Positions 11,965 to 25,100 of a stretch of 53,954 nucleotides of DNA are shown here, piece after piece; the stretch's first letter is position 1, and each line of letters begins with the position of its first letter. Under the pieces are notes generated by a model. The model was not told the DNA's origin, did not search any database, and saw nothing but the letters and a program-made list of their open reading frames with translations. A program made the position numbers and the translations under genes. Origin of the DNA: Vicugna vicugna. Lineage: Eukaryota. The stretch lies in NCBI GenBank assembly GCA_013265495.1, contig MU058233.1:905038-958991 (forward strand). Direction: 5' to 3'.

Positions 11965-14291
11965 ATGAAGTCCAGGAAATTGATGATCGTGTGGAATGGC
12001 ATCAGGAAAGTCACGGCAAGCTGGGAAGCAGAGCAGAAAGCTACCAGTGTACTGCGTTTGGAAGACTATCTCTTCATAGTACAAATTATGTTTCTTCAAG
12101 ACAAGAACTTCATAAATGTGTTACACATGGAAAGAGTTTGAAACATATAGATTCTAGTAGTAATTATGCTGGAAAATATCCCAGTGGGTTTCATGATCTT
12201 AGGGAATCATTATTCCATTCTAAACATGAGCAAGCTGTTACTGGAAAAAAATACTGTGAAAATAGTGGATCTGGAAAAACTGTCCAAAGAGAGTCGCAGC
12301 TCATATGCCAACAAATGCACATGGCGGGAAAGTCCTCTGAATGCAGTTCCTGGACGGAGGCCTTCAGCAGCAAGTCATGCCTCGTGGTGGATCAGCAAAC
12401 CCCTGCAGAAGAAAACCCCTGCAGATGTAATGGAGGTGGGAAGGACTTCAGCCGCAAGGCCTGCCTCGTTGTGCATCAGAGAACTCACACGGGAGAGACA
12501 CTTCATGAGTGCAGTGAATGTGGGAAAACTTTCCGTTTCAGTTCACAACTCATCATACATCAGAGAATTCACACCGGGGAGAATCTCTGTGAATGCTGTG
12601 AATGTGGAAAAGTCTTTGGTAGGAAAGACCAGCTCGTTTCACACCAGAGAACGCATTCAGAACAGAAACCGTATGGGTGTAATGAATGTGGGAAGACTTT
12701 TGGTTTGAAGTCACAGCTCATGATACATCAGAGAACCCACACAGGAGAGAAACCCTATGAATGCAGTGAATGTCAGAAAGCCTTTAATACAAAGTCTAAT
12801 CTTATGGTGCATCAGAGAACCCACTCAGGGGAGAAGCCCTATGGTTGTGGTGAGTGTGGGAAAACCTTTACCTTCAAGTCACAGCTCATTGTACACCAGG
12901 GGGCACACACTGGGGTAAAACCCTATGGATGTAATCAGTGTGGAAAAGCCTTCAGTTTGAAGTCACAGCTCATTGTACACCAGGGGGCACACACTGGGGT
13001 AAAACCCTATGGATGTAATCAGTGTGGAAAAGCCTTCAGTTTGAAGTCACAGCTCATTGTACACCAGGGGGCACACACTGGGGTAAAACCCTATGGATGT
13101 AATCAGTGTGGAAAAGCCTTCAGTTTGAAGTCACAGCTCATTGTACACCAGGGGGCACACACTGGGGTAAAACCCTATGGATGTAATCAGTGTGGAAAAG
13201 CCTTCAGTTTGAAGTCACAGCTCATTGTACACCAGGGGGCACACACTGGGGTAAAACCCTATGGATGTAATCAGTGTGGAAAAGCCTTCAGTTTGAAGTC
13301 ACAGCTCATTGTACACCAGGGGGCACACACTGGGGTAAAACCCTATGGATGTAATCAGTGTGGAAAAGCCTTCAGTTTGAAGTCACAGCTCATTGTACAT
13401 CAGAGAAGTCACACGGGAGTGAAACCATATGGGTGCAGTGAATGTGGGAAAGCTTTCAGGAGTAAGTCCTACCTCATTATACACATGAGGACTCACACAG
13501 GAGAGAAACCACACGAATGCCGTGAATGTGGGAAATCCTTCAGTTTCAATTCACAACTTATTGTGCATCAGAGAATTCACACAGGAGAAAACCCTTATGA
13601 ATGTGGTGAATGTGGGAAGACGTTTAATAGAAAAGATCAGCTCATCTCTCATCAGAGAACTCATGCTGGGGAAAAACCTTATGGGTGCAGCGAATGTGGG
13701 AAAGCCTTTAGCAGCAAGTCCTACCTCATTATACACATGAGAACTCATTCAGGGGAGAAACCATATGAATGTCACAGATGTGGGAAAGCCTTCATTTGGA
13801 AGTCACTACTCATTGTACATGAGCGAACGCATGAAGGGGAAAACCCTTATAAGTGCAGTCAATGTGAGAAATCCTTCAGTGGAAAATTACGGCTCATTGT
13901 ACATCAGAGGATGCACACAAGAGAGAAGCCCTATGAATGCAATGAGTGTGAAAAAGCCTTCATTAGGAAATCTCAGCTCATTGTGCATCAGAGGACTCAT
14001 TCAGGGGAGAAACCGTATGGATGCAGTGACTGTGGGAAAGCCTTCTCTCAGAAGTCAATTCTCAGTGCACACCAGAGGACTCACACGGGAGAGAAACCCT
14101 GTAAGTGCACTGCCTGTGGGAAAGCCTTTTGTTGGAAGTCACAGCTCATCATGCATCAGAGAATTCATGCAGATGAGAAATATGTTGGTGAGTTAAGTGT
14201 AAGAAACCATTTCTCAGGAAATTCCAGAAAATTCATACAGGAGAGAAACTGTAAATGGAATCATCTCTGTACACCGGAAAACCCATCCTGA
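11965..14291 (+). CDS. ZNF268: ZNF268 terminal exon: linker + 2 degenerate and 20 intact C2H2 zinc fingers
   Basis: ctctag|AT acceptor, phase 1, in frame with ORF 11991-14291. Fingers such as [40 protein letters not shown] and [12 protein letters not shown] match ZNF268 as recalled. The three exons sum to 2541 nt (847 codons). Confidence 0.93.
12876..13399 (+). repeat. Perfect 84-bp coding minisatellite (~6.2 units) within the ZNF268 finger array
   Basis: ggatgtaatcagtgtgg recurs at 12927, 13011, 13095, 13179, 13263 and 13347 with no differences seen. Confidence 0.98.
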
Positions 14292-14931
14292 AGAGAAGCC
14301 TCGTGTGTTTACAGCACGTGGAAGGACATTCACAGAAAGCTGTTTCTTTTACACTCAGAAAACGTCAGTACATGTCACAGGAACCCTGTGAAATCTGTGA
14401 ACCCTGTGAAAGTTATCAGGAGGAAGTCATACCTTTAATCTTATGCAGGTGAAGAAAAATACGAATGAATTGAATGTCAGAAAGTAATTTTTTAATATGC
14501 TAGCATTTACAAAGGGGAAATTCCATAATGGAAATGAATATGGAATACAATCTTTTGAAATTCATAATCTTATTAACCAGTAGGATTTTAATGAGAAAAA
14601 TATAAAACCATTGAATTTCAGGTATCAGAATCTCATGCCTTGGAGAAACCATGCTGTAAGTTAGGGAAACTCTTCATCTAGAAGTGATAAACTTGTAGCA
14701 GAATAGAGTATAATTCATACTATATATGTCTGCATATATATATGAATGTTTCAAGTGGGGTAAATTCTCAGCAGGAAGGTTATATCACTATTACTTTGAT
14801 TCATTCCTTTACAAGTAAGGGAAACTATGTTCCAGAGGTTCCAAACTTTTAGGAAAAGATTGGAGAAAATATTCAAAATATCAGTGATAGGCATGTTCAT
14901 AATAGAACATAAAGAGTTTTGAAAGTGTGTA

Positions 14932-14937
14932 AATAAA
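14932..14937 (+). terminator. Candidate polyadenylation signal for ZNF268
   Basis: AATAAA ~640 bp after the stop codon; usage unproven. Confidence 0.35.
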
Positions 14938-17556
14938 TGTAATAATCAGGGTAACAGTAAGGACTACATTGTAAGACCTACAGGGATATGTAGGTGTTCT
15001 GTTCCTCTCTGTACTATAGAATATGTTTCGTGTAGTTTGGCATTTTGCTTGTGAACACATTTGATAGAGAAATTAGATAGATAACAGTACCACTTCTCAG
15101 GTATTTCTACTCTGGACAGCAGCATTCTTATTAAGAAATACAACCTGTTACTATAACAATATGGCAGTAAAAATGCATCTCAGCACTTCCAGACTTTCCT
15201 GTTACTTTGTGCCCTTTGTAAGTGGGCCTGGCAGCTACCTCTTCAGTTACATAGTCAGTGTAGTGCCTGCTTTATATGGCTGTGTGCTGGAATCTGTTCT
15301 GTCGTCGCTGGTGAGAACACCGTGGTTTTCATCAGGAGAGTCCGCAGCGCGTGCAGTCACGACGGGACCCTCACCCACGTGGCCCAGCGCTGGCCGAGAT
15401 GCTCCGGGATTTACGTTTTTAATGGAACCCCTCCGTACAGAACAGCAAGCTTAGCTTTTGTTCTCTGGTGGCATCTTGCAGTTCTCAATTAATTCCTTCT
15501 ATGTAGATTACCCAGAGTAGCTTCCGTTACCGTCACTTTTTAATCCTGGTTCACCTCTCTTTCGCTTTGAGGTACCTTGTGTCCTCTCAGTACATTGAGT
15601 GGTGCTCCTACAATGTGCACCTGTAGCTGTAGACTCAGGGTGGTGGGAAATCTTTCTGCTGATTGCTTACGTAGAGAGTCGGTGTTTTTTCACAGCCACA
15701 CCAGTTACCTTATGTGCATGAGCAGTAGTCTGGAAAGAGCTGGGACCCTGGAAAGTGGGCTAGGGCTACCTTGGAGGGATACGAGGATTCACAACTCCAG
15801 GTATTTCTGAAACACCCACTGCTTTGTGCTCTTCACTTCAGCAGGGAATCCCGTCTCTTACCCATAGCAGCTTTCTTTCTTGAAGGATGTACTTAATGAT
15901 TTTCTGAATGCCTGATCCTTGTGTGCTCAGCTCATAATGCAGGATCCAAAGTCAAGACACCGAGGGTGGAGAATGTTGATTCACAGAAGGGAAGAAGAGT
16001 CTTGCATAAGCAGAGAGTTTCAGATACTTGCTACAGTTAAACCTGGAAAATACTGTGTATGTTGCCCATGTATTGATATCCCAAGGAAGACACATACACA
16101 TATGAAAGAAAGAATGAACACATACTGTGTTTCTTCTTCCCAGAGCCAGTTAGTTTAAAGCTTGCTGTATTGTGTGATGCAGACCCACCTGCAGCCTTGC
16201 CCACTGGAAGCCAGAGATGTTAGCATAATGTTGGAGGTATAAGTCAAATACTGTGTGAGTGGATAATGCTCCATTGGGTCTGATTTTAAATGAAATGGAA
16301 AAGTTACCAGATAAATGAAACTTAACAAATGAATAGGCCTGTAGCCAGTAAACAAAATAGGAAAGTTAAAAACAGTCTCTGGCTTGAAAATCTACCTTGT
16401 TCCTCCAACTCTGCCCCAGCCCCAGAAGAGAAAGAGGTTCCAGAGAGTTTCAGTAGTAGTGGATAATTTTCAGGAAAGCTAATTCTAACATTTTACAGTA
16501 TTTCACAGAAAATAAGACATTTTGGAAAAAAACGATGAAGTCATTTGTGAACATATATTTAAAAATCCTAAATGGACTTACCACAAAAATGTATCTAATA
16601 ATGTAGAGGTTTTATTTTTTAAAGTCATGATGTGTAGCAGGCCACTAGTAGTGAACTGAGTGTTTCTTCATGACTAACAGGATTGCTGCAATTTTCGTGA
16701 TGTCTGTGTGCCCAGCTAAAAAGCTATGTTTCTCCATCTTTGAGAAACATAGCTTTTGAAGTTGCTGAGAGGGTATAATGGGAATGTTCTTCAGAAGGAA
16801 AACATACAGCTAGGGAGAGCTCGCCCAGTGTCCTTTCATCTTTCCTCTTTTTAACATGCAACACATCAGATGTTTGGAGACTCAGTAGCCACTGTAAAAC
16901 CATCTTAGAATTCTTCTTGAGGATGGAAGCCATCTGCTAGAGTTGAGTAGAGAAATAAGAGTGTCTGGGCTCTCTGGTGATAATGGTGTGGCTGTGCCAG
17001 CCCCAGACGACCAAATCTGGGCACCTTCTTACACAAAAGAGACACGAGTGATCTTGTTCAAGGCATTGTTCGTTTTGATTGGGAGGAGATTTGGTTCTGT
17101 CGTGTGAAGCGTAATCTGATCCTAGTTGAGACATATTAGGATGTTTGGAAGATTGAATTAGAAATTCTTTATGTAAAATTAACCACTATACCAGAAGAAA
17201 GCCATATGAGTGTCTCACTATGTAAATCATTTGATGGACTGTAATACCCATGGATGATTTTAAATATTATTAAGTTAGAAATAGAAAGTAACTCCTTTAA
17301 CTTTGTAGGGGGTATGTTTAAAAAAATGGTCAAATTTCTTGTTAGTGGATACATACCATGAAATTAAGAAAATTAAAAAATGCTCATGACTTTTATTGAG
17401 CATTGTAATGGCAGTCCTGGCCAATGTGTGGTAACAAAAAGTTGTAAGGAATTGGGGGTTGGGACAGAAACAAAAGTCCTATTTTTTTGTAGATACGATT
17501 TTCATTTAGAAAAACCAACATAAACTACAGGCAGATACTTAAACTGCAGGCTGTAA

Positions 17557-17834
17557 CTCATAGACATAGAATACAAACTTGTGGTTGCCAAGGGGGTGGA
17601 GGGTGGGAAGGAACAGACTGGGATTTCAAAATGTAGAATAGATAAATAAGATTATACTGTATAGCACAGGGAAATATATACAAGATCTTGTGGTAGCTCA
17701 CAGCAAGAAAAATGTGACAATATATGTATGTTCATGTGTAACTGAAAAATTGTGCTCTACACTGGAATTTGATACAACATTGTGAAATGACAAAAACCAA
17801 AAAAAAAAATGTTTAAAATCTCAAAAAAAAAAAA
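17557..17834 (+). mobile_element. Young 5'-truncated L1 3'UTR with poly(A) tail
   Basis: Poly(A) at c.17790-17837; imperfect TSD aaactgcaggctgtaa (17541-17556) / aaacttacaggccgtaa (17835-17851); same family as 19255-19445 and 46538-46979. Confidence 0.85.
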
Positions 17835-19254
17835 AAACTTACAGGCCGTAAGGCAAGGAGATGTTTCACACAGCTCCGAGAGCTTGTGGTTTGGCCTTGA
17901 GCATGAGTTCCTTCATGCTCAGATCCCAGGCCCTGCTGAGGAAGACATCCTGCCCTCCAAACGTCTGAAGGCAGTTTTGTGCTAAATCAATCAGATGTTG
18001 CGACAAAGCTCAGACAGCTGAAGTACAGATCAGATTGATTCGGCCCCACCCTATCTCCCAGCCTGAGAGCTGACATTAGAACATATGTTCCCTTTTCTAG
18101 AAGTAAAGGTATAATCAGAGGAAAGAAAATGATCAGAACATTGTAAAATGACTAACTCAATAAAATATGTTAAACAAACAAAAAAAGAGAAAATGATCAG
18201 GAATGTGAATAATGGTAGAAGCAGTGTTTCACCAAAGACAGCCTTAAATGGGCATGCACATAACAGCAAAGCCTCAAGGTCATGCAGAGATAGAGCTGAA
18301 AGGAGAAATACAGTCTACCAATTTAGGTGGACACTTCAGCATTTATTTCTTGGTAACATGACTTAGAGACCAAACTCAGCAAGGCTATGGAAGGGCTGAA
18401 CAATATCATTGGCAAACTAGACCTGGTGGACACGTCTAGAACAGCCAGCAGCAGAAAACACATTGTTTTCCACTGCATGTGAGGCATTCGCCAATAGTTC
18501 ATGTCCTGGCCCACTAATCTTAAAAATTTTTAAATAACTGAAATTGTACAAAATATGTTCAGACTATATTGCAGTTTAACAAGACTCAGTTGTAAAAAGA
18601 ACAGGAAAATCCCAAAACACTTGGAAATTAAGCAACCCAATTCCAAATAATTGATGGGTCTGACAAATTTCAAGAGAAATATGGAAAATATTTTAAAGTA
18701 TTATTCTATAAAACATGCAAATTAAAATACAACAGACCAGAATTTCTGAGGTGCAGAAAAATCAGTGCTTCATGGGAAATTCATAGCACTAAAATGCTTA
18801 TATTAAAAAAGAATGAAGGTCTCACATCAGTAATTTAAACTCCTACCTTAAGAAACTGGAAAAAAAAGTAAAATAAGCCCATGTAAACAGGAGTGAAATA
18901 AAAAGACTAGAAACCAATGGAACAAAGAGTGGGAGGGAATAAAGAGCACAGATTTGACAACTTTGATGAAATGGACTAAACTCTTGAAAGAAACCAACTA
19001 GCAAAGCTTACTCAAGAAGAGATAGGTAACCTGAAAGTTGCTACAGTTATTCAAGAAATTAAATTCACAGTTAAAAATCTCCCAACAAGAAAAAAATCCA
19101 GGCTCAGATCATCTCCCTGATGATTTCTGTGAACTTTTAAGAAAGAAAGAATACCAGTTCTATACAAACTGTCAGAAAATAGGTGACAGGTACTTCTTAA
19201 CCCATATTATGAAGTCTGCGTTACACTGTTTTTGAAAGATGTGATACTGACAGG

Positions 19255-19445
19255 TATATATAGAGCAGATAAACAGGATTATACTGTGTAGCACAGGGAA
19301 ATATATACAAGATCTTGTGGCCCAGGGTGAAAAAGAATGTGACAATGAATATACATATGTTCATGTATGAAAAATTGTGCTCTACACTGGAAATGGACAC
19401 AACATTGTAAACTGACTATAACTCAGTAAAATAAAATTAAAAAAC
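19255..19445 (+). mobile_element. Second short copy of the young L1 3'UTR
   Basis: gattatactgtgtagcacagggaaatatatacaagatcttgtgg is nearly identical to 17650-17693. Confidence 0.8.
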
Positions 19446-22400
19446 CCCCGATGTTATCAAAAAACCTACAAATGTTCCTCATGAACATAGAGGTAAAAAT
19501 CCTAAATAAAATGCTAGTTAATTTAATTCACCAGTATATAAAGGGGTAATACATGAAGGCAAATTGGAGTTTATCTTGGGACTGCAAAGCTGAGGTGGAT
19601 TCAGTATTCAGCCAGGGGTGGGAAGTAGCTTCCTCAGACTAATAAAGCACATCTGGAAAATGTCTATAGTTAGTGTCATAATGGAGAAAAGCTGAATAGC
19701 TCCCCCAAGATTGAGAACAAATCAAAGATGCTCACTGTTACCCCTCCAATTCAACATTGTAGTGCAAGGTCTAGCTGACCGCATAAGGCAAGAAAAAGAG
19801 ATTGAAAAGATACAGATTGGAAGGGAAGAATAACTTTATTTAGAGACAGCATGATTGTCTTCACTGAAATTTTTTAAAAACTTTACCAAAAAAGCCACCA
19901 TAATACACATGTCAGTTCAGAAAGCTAGAAGGATATAAAATCAATATTCAAAAATCAGTTGTATTTTTACATACTTGCAAGAGACAACTGGAAATTTGAT
20001 TAAAATGCACTACTATTTATGATCGTACCACAAAAACCCATGGAATGTATGCTGAGAACAATGCAGAAGAGGTGACGATGGCCAGGACAATAGGCGGACG
20101 TGCTGTGTTGGTGGAGTGGGAGGTTCAGTGCTGTTACAGTGTCAAGTGTTCCCCACGTGGATCTATAGACTCAATCCCATTCTAATCAAATTCCCAGAAG
20201 GGTTTGCTGTAAAAGTTGACAAGTGTGATACTGAGATTTATGTGGAACAGCAAAAGAACTAAATACAGCGTTGAACAGGGAAACAAAGTTGCAAGACACA
20301 CTATTTGATTTCAGGGTCTATCCGTCAGCTACAGTAGCTGTGACAGTGTAGTTTCGTGAAAGGAGGGACATACAGATTAGAGTCCTGAAAAAAAACCAAA
20401 ACATACTCTATAGTCAATTTCCATCAAAGTTAGAAAAATAGTTCATTGGAAAGACGACAGTATTTTTTTTTAATGGTGCTAAACTTGCACGTCTGCAAGA
20501 AAAATTAAAAGTCTTGATCTGTACTTTCACCACATACAAAAATTAATTTTCTCAGGACTGTATCAGAGGTTGAGCTTTACCTAGCTAAAGGGCTGGTTGT
20601 TAGCATTTAATATATTTAATTTCATATCAAAGACTATGAGGGTTGAGCCAGGATGGAAGAATGCTATATAAAGAATTTCTGGTTAAGTAGTAAAGCTATG
20701 AGTCAGCATGGGAACAGGCGAGAGGGAGCAGTAAGAGATTGCCATTAATACTAGGAGGAAACCAAAGGGAACCCCTTTAACTGACTGGCTGATAATAAAA
20801 GATGGAGAAATGTGGGATTCAGGACAATACAAAAGTAACAGCTGGAACAAAATTAGGAAGCCTCCTAAATTACGAAGTAAGCTATTTGAAAGAACAAAGA
20901 ACCACACAGAACAGAAAGGTAAATAGAAGTAAGATGCACTGAAATAATAGAGGAGGCAGGAGAAAAACTATGACCGTGGAATTCCAGCTGGTAAATGTAG
21001 AAGAAATGATGAAATTGGAAAGATTGTTACTTGGCAGCCACTACAGTGAGGACTGTTTCAGGCAGGAATTATCAATGAATGCTAAAACTTGTAAGCAAAA
21101 ATGTTATGAGTAACAAATATTTCAAGAATCTTGTCATTTGGAAATGCTGGCCAGTTACCCACCTCAGAGAGTCTTGTGTGCTCAGTAAACAGCCCTGGGC
21201 TCTGAGCCCCTGACCCCACCTCGCCCTGAACTACCAGCGGAGGCAAAGATTTGTAGCAGTTAAAGGGGACTTGCTTGGCCACAGCATCACTGCCCAGGCA
21301 CCTTTGAGCCTGAAGCAAAAGGGAAAACCAGTAATACTCATCTTCAAAAAAATTTTTTTAATGTTTTGTTCATCATAGATTCTCTGATAAAAATAATTGA
21401 TCATTTTCAAAAATACTGTATTAAAATATGACTTATCTTGATGGTTTGTTTTGTGATTCCTCGCTTGCCTCTCCCTAATCCCAGCCTTATTTGGAAGATG
21501 CAGGACTCTGGCCTGGACCTTACTGATACAGACTCCAGGGAGTGCTGGGCACCACCTGCTGGGTTGCTGCCCTGAGTAGTGAACCTGGAACCCAGGGTGA
21601 TGAAGGAGGCACGCCCTGGGCAGGAGCCTGGACTGGGCCCAGGGTGGGGGCAATGCATGGCTTGGACCCCCTGGAAGACCTTCAGCTGGAGGTACAACTC
21701 ATCTGAGCTTATAAAAGAACAGGGTCCAACCCTCTGCGGCTGTCAGCCTGAACTGCCTCGGGCACAGCAGAAACATGGAGCATTCCTGGTGCCTCTGGGT
21801 CAGTACATGGGTGGGGAGGTTTTCCTGCTTCCGGCCCCACCTGCATCTGCTGTCTTCCAAGGAAGGGAGGGAGGACAGCTGAGTCACTCTCTCAAGCTCC
21901 TGTTTTTGCTCCTCCTGTCCCTCACAGCAACCTGCCGGGATGTCAGATACCCTGCCTCTTTTTTTCCATCAGGCATCTATCTACCTGTAGTTCTGTGAAC
22001 CCAACAGAGGGGCCAGAGCACTGGTCTCCAACAGCCACCAGCGCCCCTAATACGCAGACAGACATTCAGCAGATCTGATGAGTCTCCCAAGAGGTACTTA
22101 ACCCTGGAGCCTTTGAGAAGGCTTCGTGGGGCAATGGGGGTTGGGCAGGAACTCCCTGAGGGAAACCCCTGGGGAGGAGGCAACTTCCTGGAGGGCAAAG
22201 AGGGGTTCAGGGTGAGGTAGACGTTCTGAGGAGGCTGATCTAAATGGCCTTCCAGCCTCCTGTGGATCCGGGATTTTTTTTTTAAAATGTGTTCAGTTAA
22301 TCATTATGGGGAAAGTTCACGAATCACCAGGAAATTTCTGAGAGGGGGAAGTTACCTTGCCAGATTTTAAATGTCTTAAAAATAAACAATGTAGGTAAGG

Positions 22401-23929
22401 AAATGATGGACGTAGCACATGTTGAGTACTGACGCACTTAATTATCTCAGTGCAATGAGGAAAGCGGTCCTGTTATGATTACAAATAATAAACTACCCAA
22501 GAGGAGAGAAAGTACAGAGGGGGTCAGTAACACAGCTGTAAGTAATCGAACTGGGAATCCACCTCAGGAGTCCTGGGTCCAGAAGAGAACAGAAAATCTG
22601 GAGAGAGTAAGGAAGTATGTACTAGAATGCATTAGGCGGTAAGGGCTGCATTTTAGACTCGACAGCCCAGGAGAAGAGGAGAGAGGCCACCTCTATTTTC
22701 AGTGCATGTTGGAGAATCACATTTTGACCTACCTTTTGCTGGAAGAGCAGGCCTCTATTAAAAATGAAGCTTATGAGGAGTTTACCCGGATTTAGGATAC
22801 TTAAAATTGTTATGTGCTTAAGTTAAAATTTGTGCTTTTGAGCCTGACAGTTAAAGGAGGCCCCTTATTGTTGGAGGGCTTCTGGAAAGTGTTGTAAAAT
22901 TCACCGGACCTATTTCCTTATTAGTAACATGAAAAAGGGACCTAACTCTCTCTTGGAGGGGCCTTGGGAGCCTCAAAGAAGACGGGTGTAAACCGTAACA
23001 TTTTACCTGGGATGTACTGAGTGTTCAGTCAATAGCAACCAAAGAAGGTAACTGATAACAGTAAGTTAGAATCACAAAATGTCTTGAAATACATTTAAAT
23101 TTAATTTAATACGGTAGCTACTTGGACATTTTGGGCCCCACTGATGGTTAAAACTCATCGGTGCTTTTTGGGTGGAGAGGAATCGGGAGTGTTGTCACTG
23201 AGCACCTAGCCCGTCCTAGAGAGAGGGCTGCGGCTGCCTTCCCACTACAGGAGGGTTTGCCGCGTCTGATCGCTCATTTCCCCCGTTTGCCCGAGTCAGG
23301 GTTGCTTCTGCTTCAGTATCCTTGATCGGTGGGGACTGCTTACCCCAACCCGCTTGTCTCTAATTTTTCTTTCACTTCTTGAAAAGAAGCTTAAAAAGAG
23401 AAAAGCAAAAGATGATTATTTTATAAAAGTTATAAAACATGGATAAGCAAAAAGAAGAAAATTAAAAGGCCAAGTAAAACTAATAAAACAAAGTAGTAAT
23501 TTTGTCAACTGGTGGCAACCAGCGTTTTAACGATGTGGCATGTATCATTTTATGTCTGTACTTTTCAAATGGGCTCATACCACACACCAGTTTGCAACAC
23601 GCAGTTTTTCTTGCACAAAGTATGGTGATCACTAGTTGGGTTGATAGCATTCTTCCTCAGCACAATGACGGATTACCTTCCAGGAGCCTGTCCACTTTCT
23701 TTTGTGTGATTTGTTTAGCAAATCTTCCACCAGACGCTTGGATTCTTCCCAGATTTTCACGTGAACAAACGCCGAAATGTTTCTCAGTCTGCCGTTTGAC
23801 GTCAGAAAATTTTGACCCTGCCCACCCTTTCAAAACCAACTTGAAGTCCTCTTTGTCTTATGTCTAGAGCCCCTTCCAGCTTGCTGTGCACAACAACTCA
23901 CAAAACTGTCAACGGCACAGGGTAGAGGC

Positions 23930-25100
23930 CAGTGTCGGAGCCAGGGCGATGGCGGGTCCGTGGTTTCCCCTGCGTATTTGACCAGGGTTGGCGAGGACCC
24001 ACACCCGCAATCGCAAAGGCCTCTCCCCAGCACGTGGAGCTCTGTGCCCAGGATCCTGCAGGGGGTAGGATTCGCAGTGCCCTTTGCTACGACCAGGTCT
24101 CCTTTAAGGCACCCCTTTCCGCGGGGGACAGGCTGCAGCGTGCGGATCTCGACCCTGGCCGGGCTTTAGCGCTGCAGTGCACCAGGGCAGAGGCATGGGG
24201 TTAGTCCAGGGTCACAGCTTCCTCCTGCTGCAGGGGGTGGGGGTCGTGGCGCCCCCTCCTCCAACCTAGCCCATGACCTCCAGGACCCCGGAGCCGCTCC
24301 TTCCACAGACTCTGGAACTTTCAGACCCCCGAGACGCCCTCAGCTCATGGAGAACCAGCAGAATCCCCACCCCCACCCCAAACCCAGGCGGATCCCCAGG
24401 CCCCCCGACTGAGGCGCAGAGAGGGCGCAGGGCACAGGCCCGGGTCGTTGGGCGGGGCGCTTGCCCGGATTGGGAGAAGCCTCGACACTTTGTAGCGACC
24501 GTTCCTTTGCCGGCGCCTCCCAGGCGGTGCGGGCAGGTGCGGGCAGAGCACGTGTGCGCGCCGAGCGCAGAAGCCGGGAGCCAGTTCCGGGCTGGGGTGA
24601 GTCGGAGGCATCTGGGTGAAGGTGAGTGAATGAGGGAGGCGTCTGGGAGGGGGTGACTGAGAGGGTGGGCCTGCAGGCATCTCAGCCCGCGCGGGGAGCA
24701 CGGTACCGGGGGCGCAGAGCCAGGGCCAAGCAGAGGGTGACCAGGCAGGACGCACAGCAGAGCCGCCTGCCCCGCGCCCCCCGCCCCCACTGGGCCGGGT
24801 CCCCTGCGTGTTCACAGTGCGCCCCGGCACGACTTCCAGAACTCTGGAGTCCTGTCCTTATGAGCCCCGTCCTTAGCCTCCTTCCTGCCCTTCCTGGAGC
24901 CAGGCGTGGAGGTGGGGTTGGCGCTGGAGGAAACCAGGGTCCCTCGCCTCCTGCCAGTCGTGACCGGAAGAAACGTGAGGCCCTGTATCAGGAGCTGGTG
25001 ACAGGGCGCTAAGGCTGGGAAAAGGTGGCATAGACGGGAGTCCCCACCCCCACCCCCACCCCCGGCGGGCGCCCCTGGAAGCAGTGTGGGGCGGAGAGGG
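23930..25100 (+). promoter_or_regulatory. CpG island / probable ANHX promoter and non-coding first exon
   Basis: High GC and CpG density; GC box gggcggggc c.24450; inverted CCAAT (gattgg) c.24468; candidate donors gtgagt at 24597 and 24622; TGACGTCA upstream at 23797. Confidence 0.7.

Larger units (their letters stand above)
17170..20545 (+). mobile_element. Fragmented old LINE-1 ORF2 (+ strand) with nested insertions
   Basis: A-rich, recognisable L1 ORF2 motifs (e.g. ctatagactcaatcccattctaatcaaattccc; cacatacaaaaattaat; gcataaggcaagaaaaagagat). Confidence 0.8.

Noticed and set aside
11991..11993. Start of the 766-aa ORF as a translation start
   Set aside because: It is an internal GTG codon; the exon is entered by splicing at 11965.
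12876..13399. CRISPR-like regular repeat array
   Set aside because: Units are head-to-tail with no unique spacers, encode in-frame zinc fingers, and the DNA is mammalian.
12166..14196. Alternative-frame ORFs over the zinc-finger exon
   Set aside because: Typical shadow ORFs of C2H2 arrays (NVGK/IRELT patterns).
17983..17993. DUX-like motif TAAATCAATCA
   Set aside because: An imperfect single match within repeat debris with no nearby promoter evidence.
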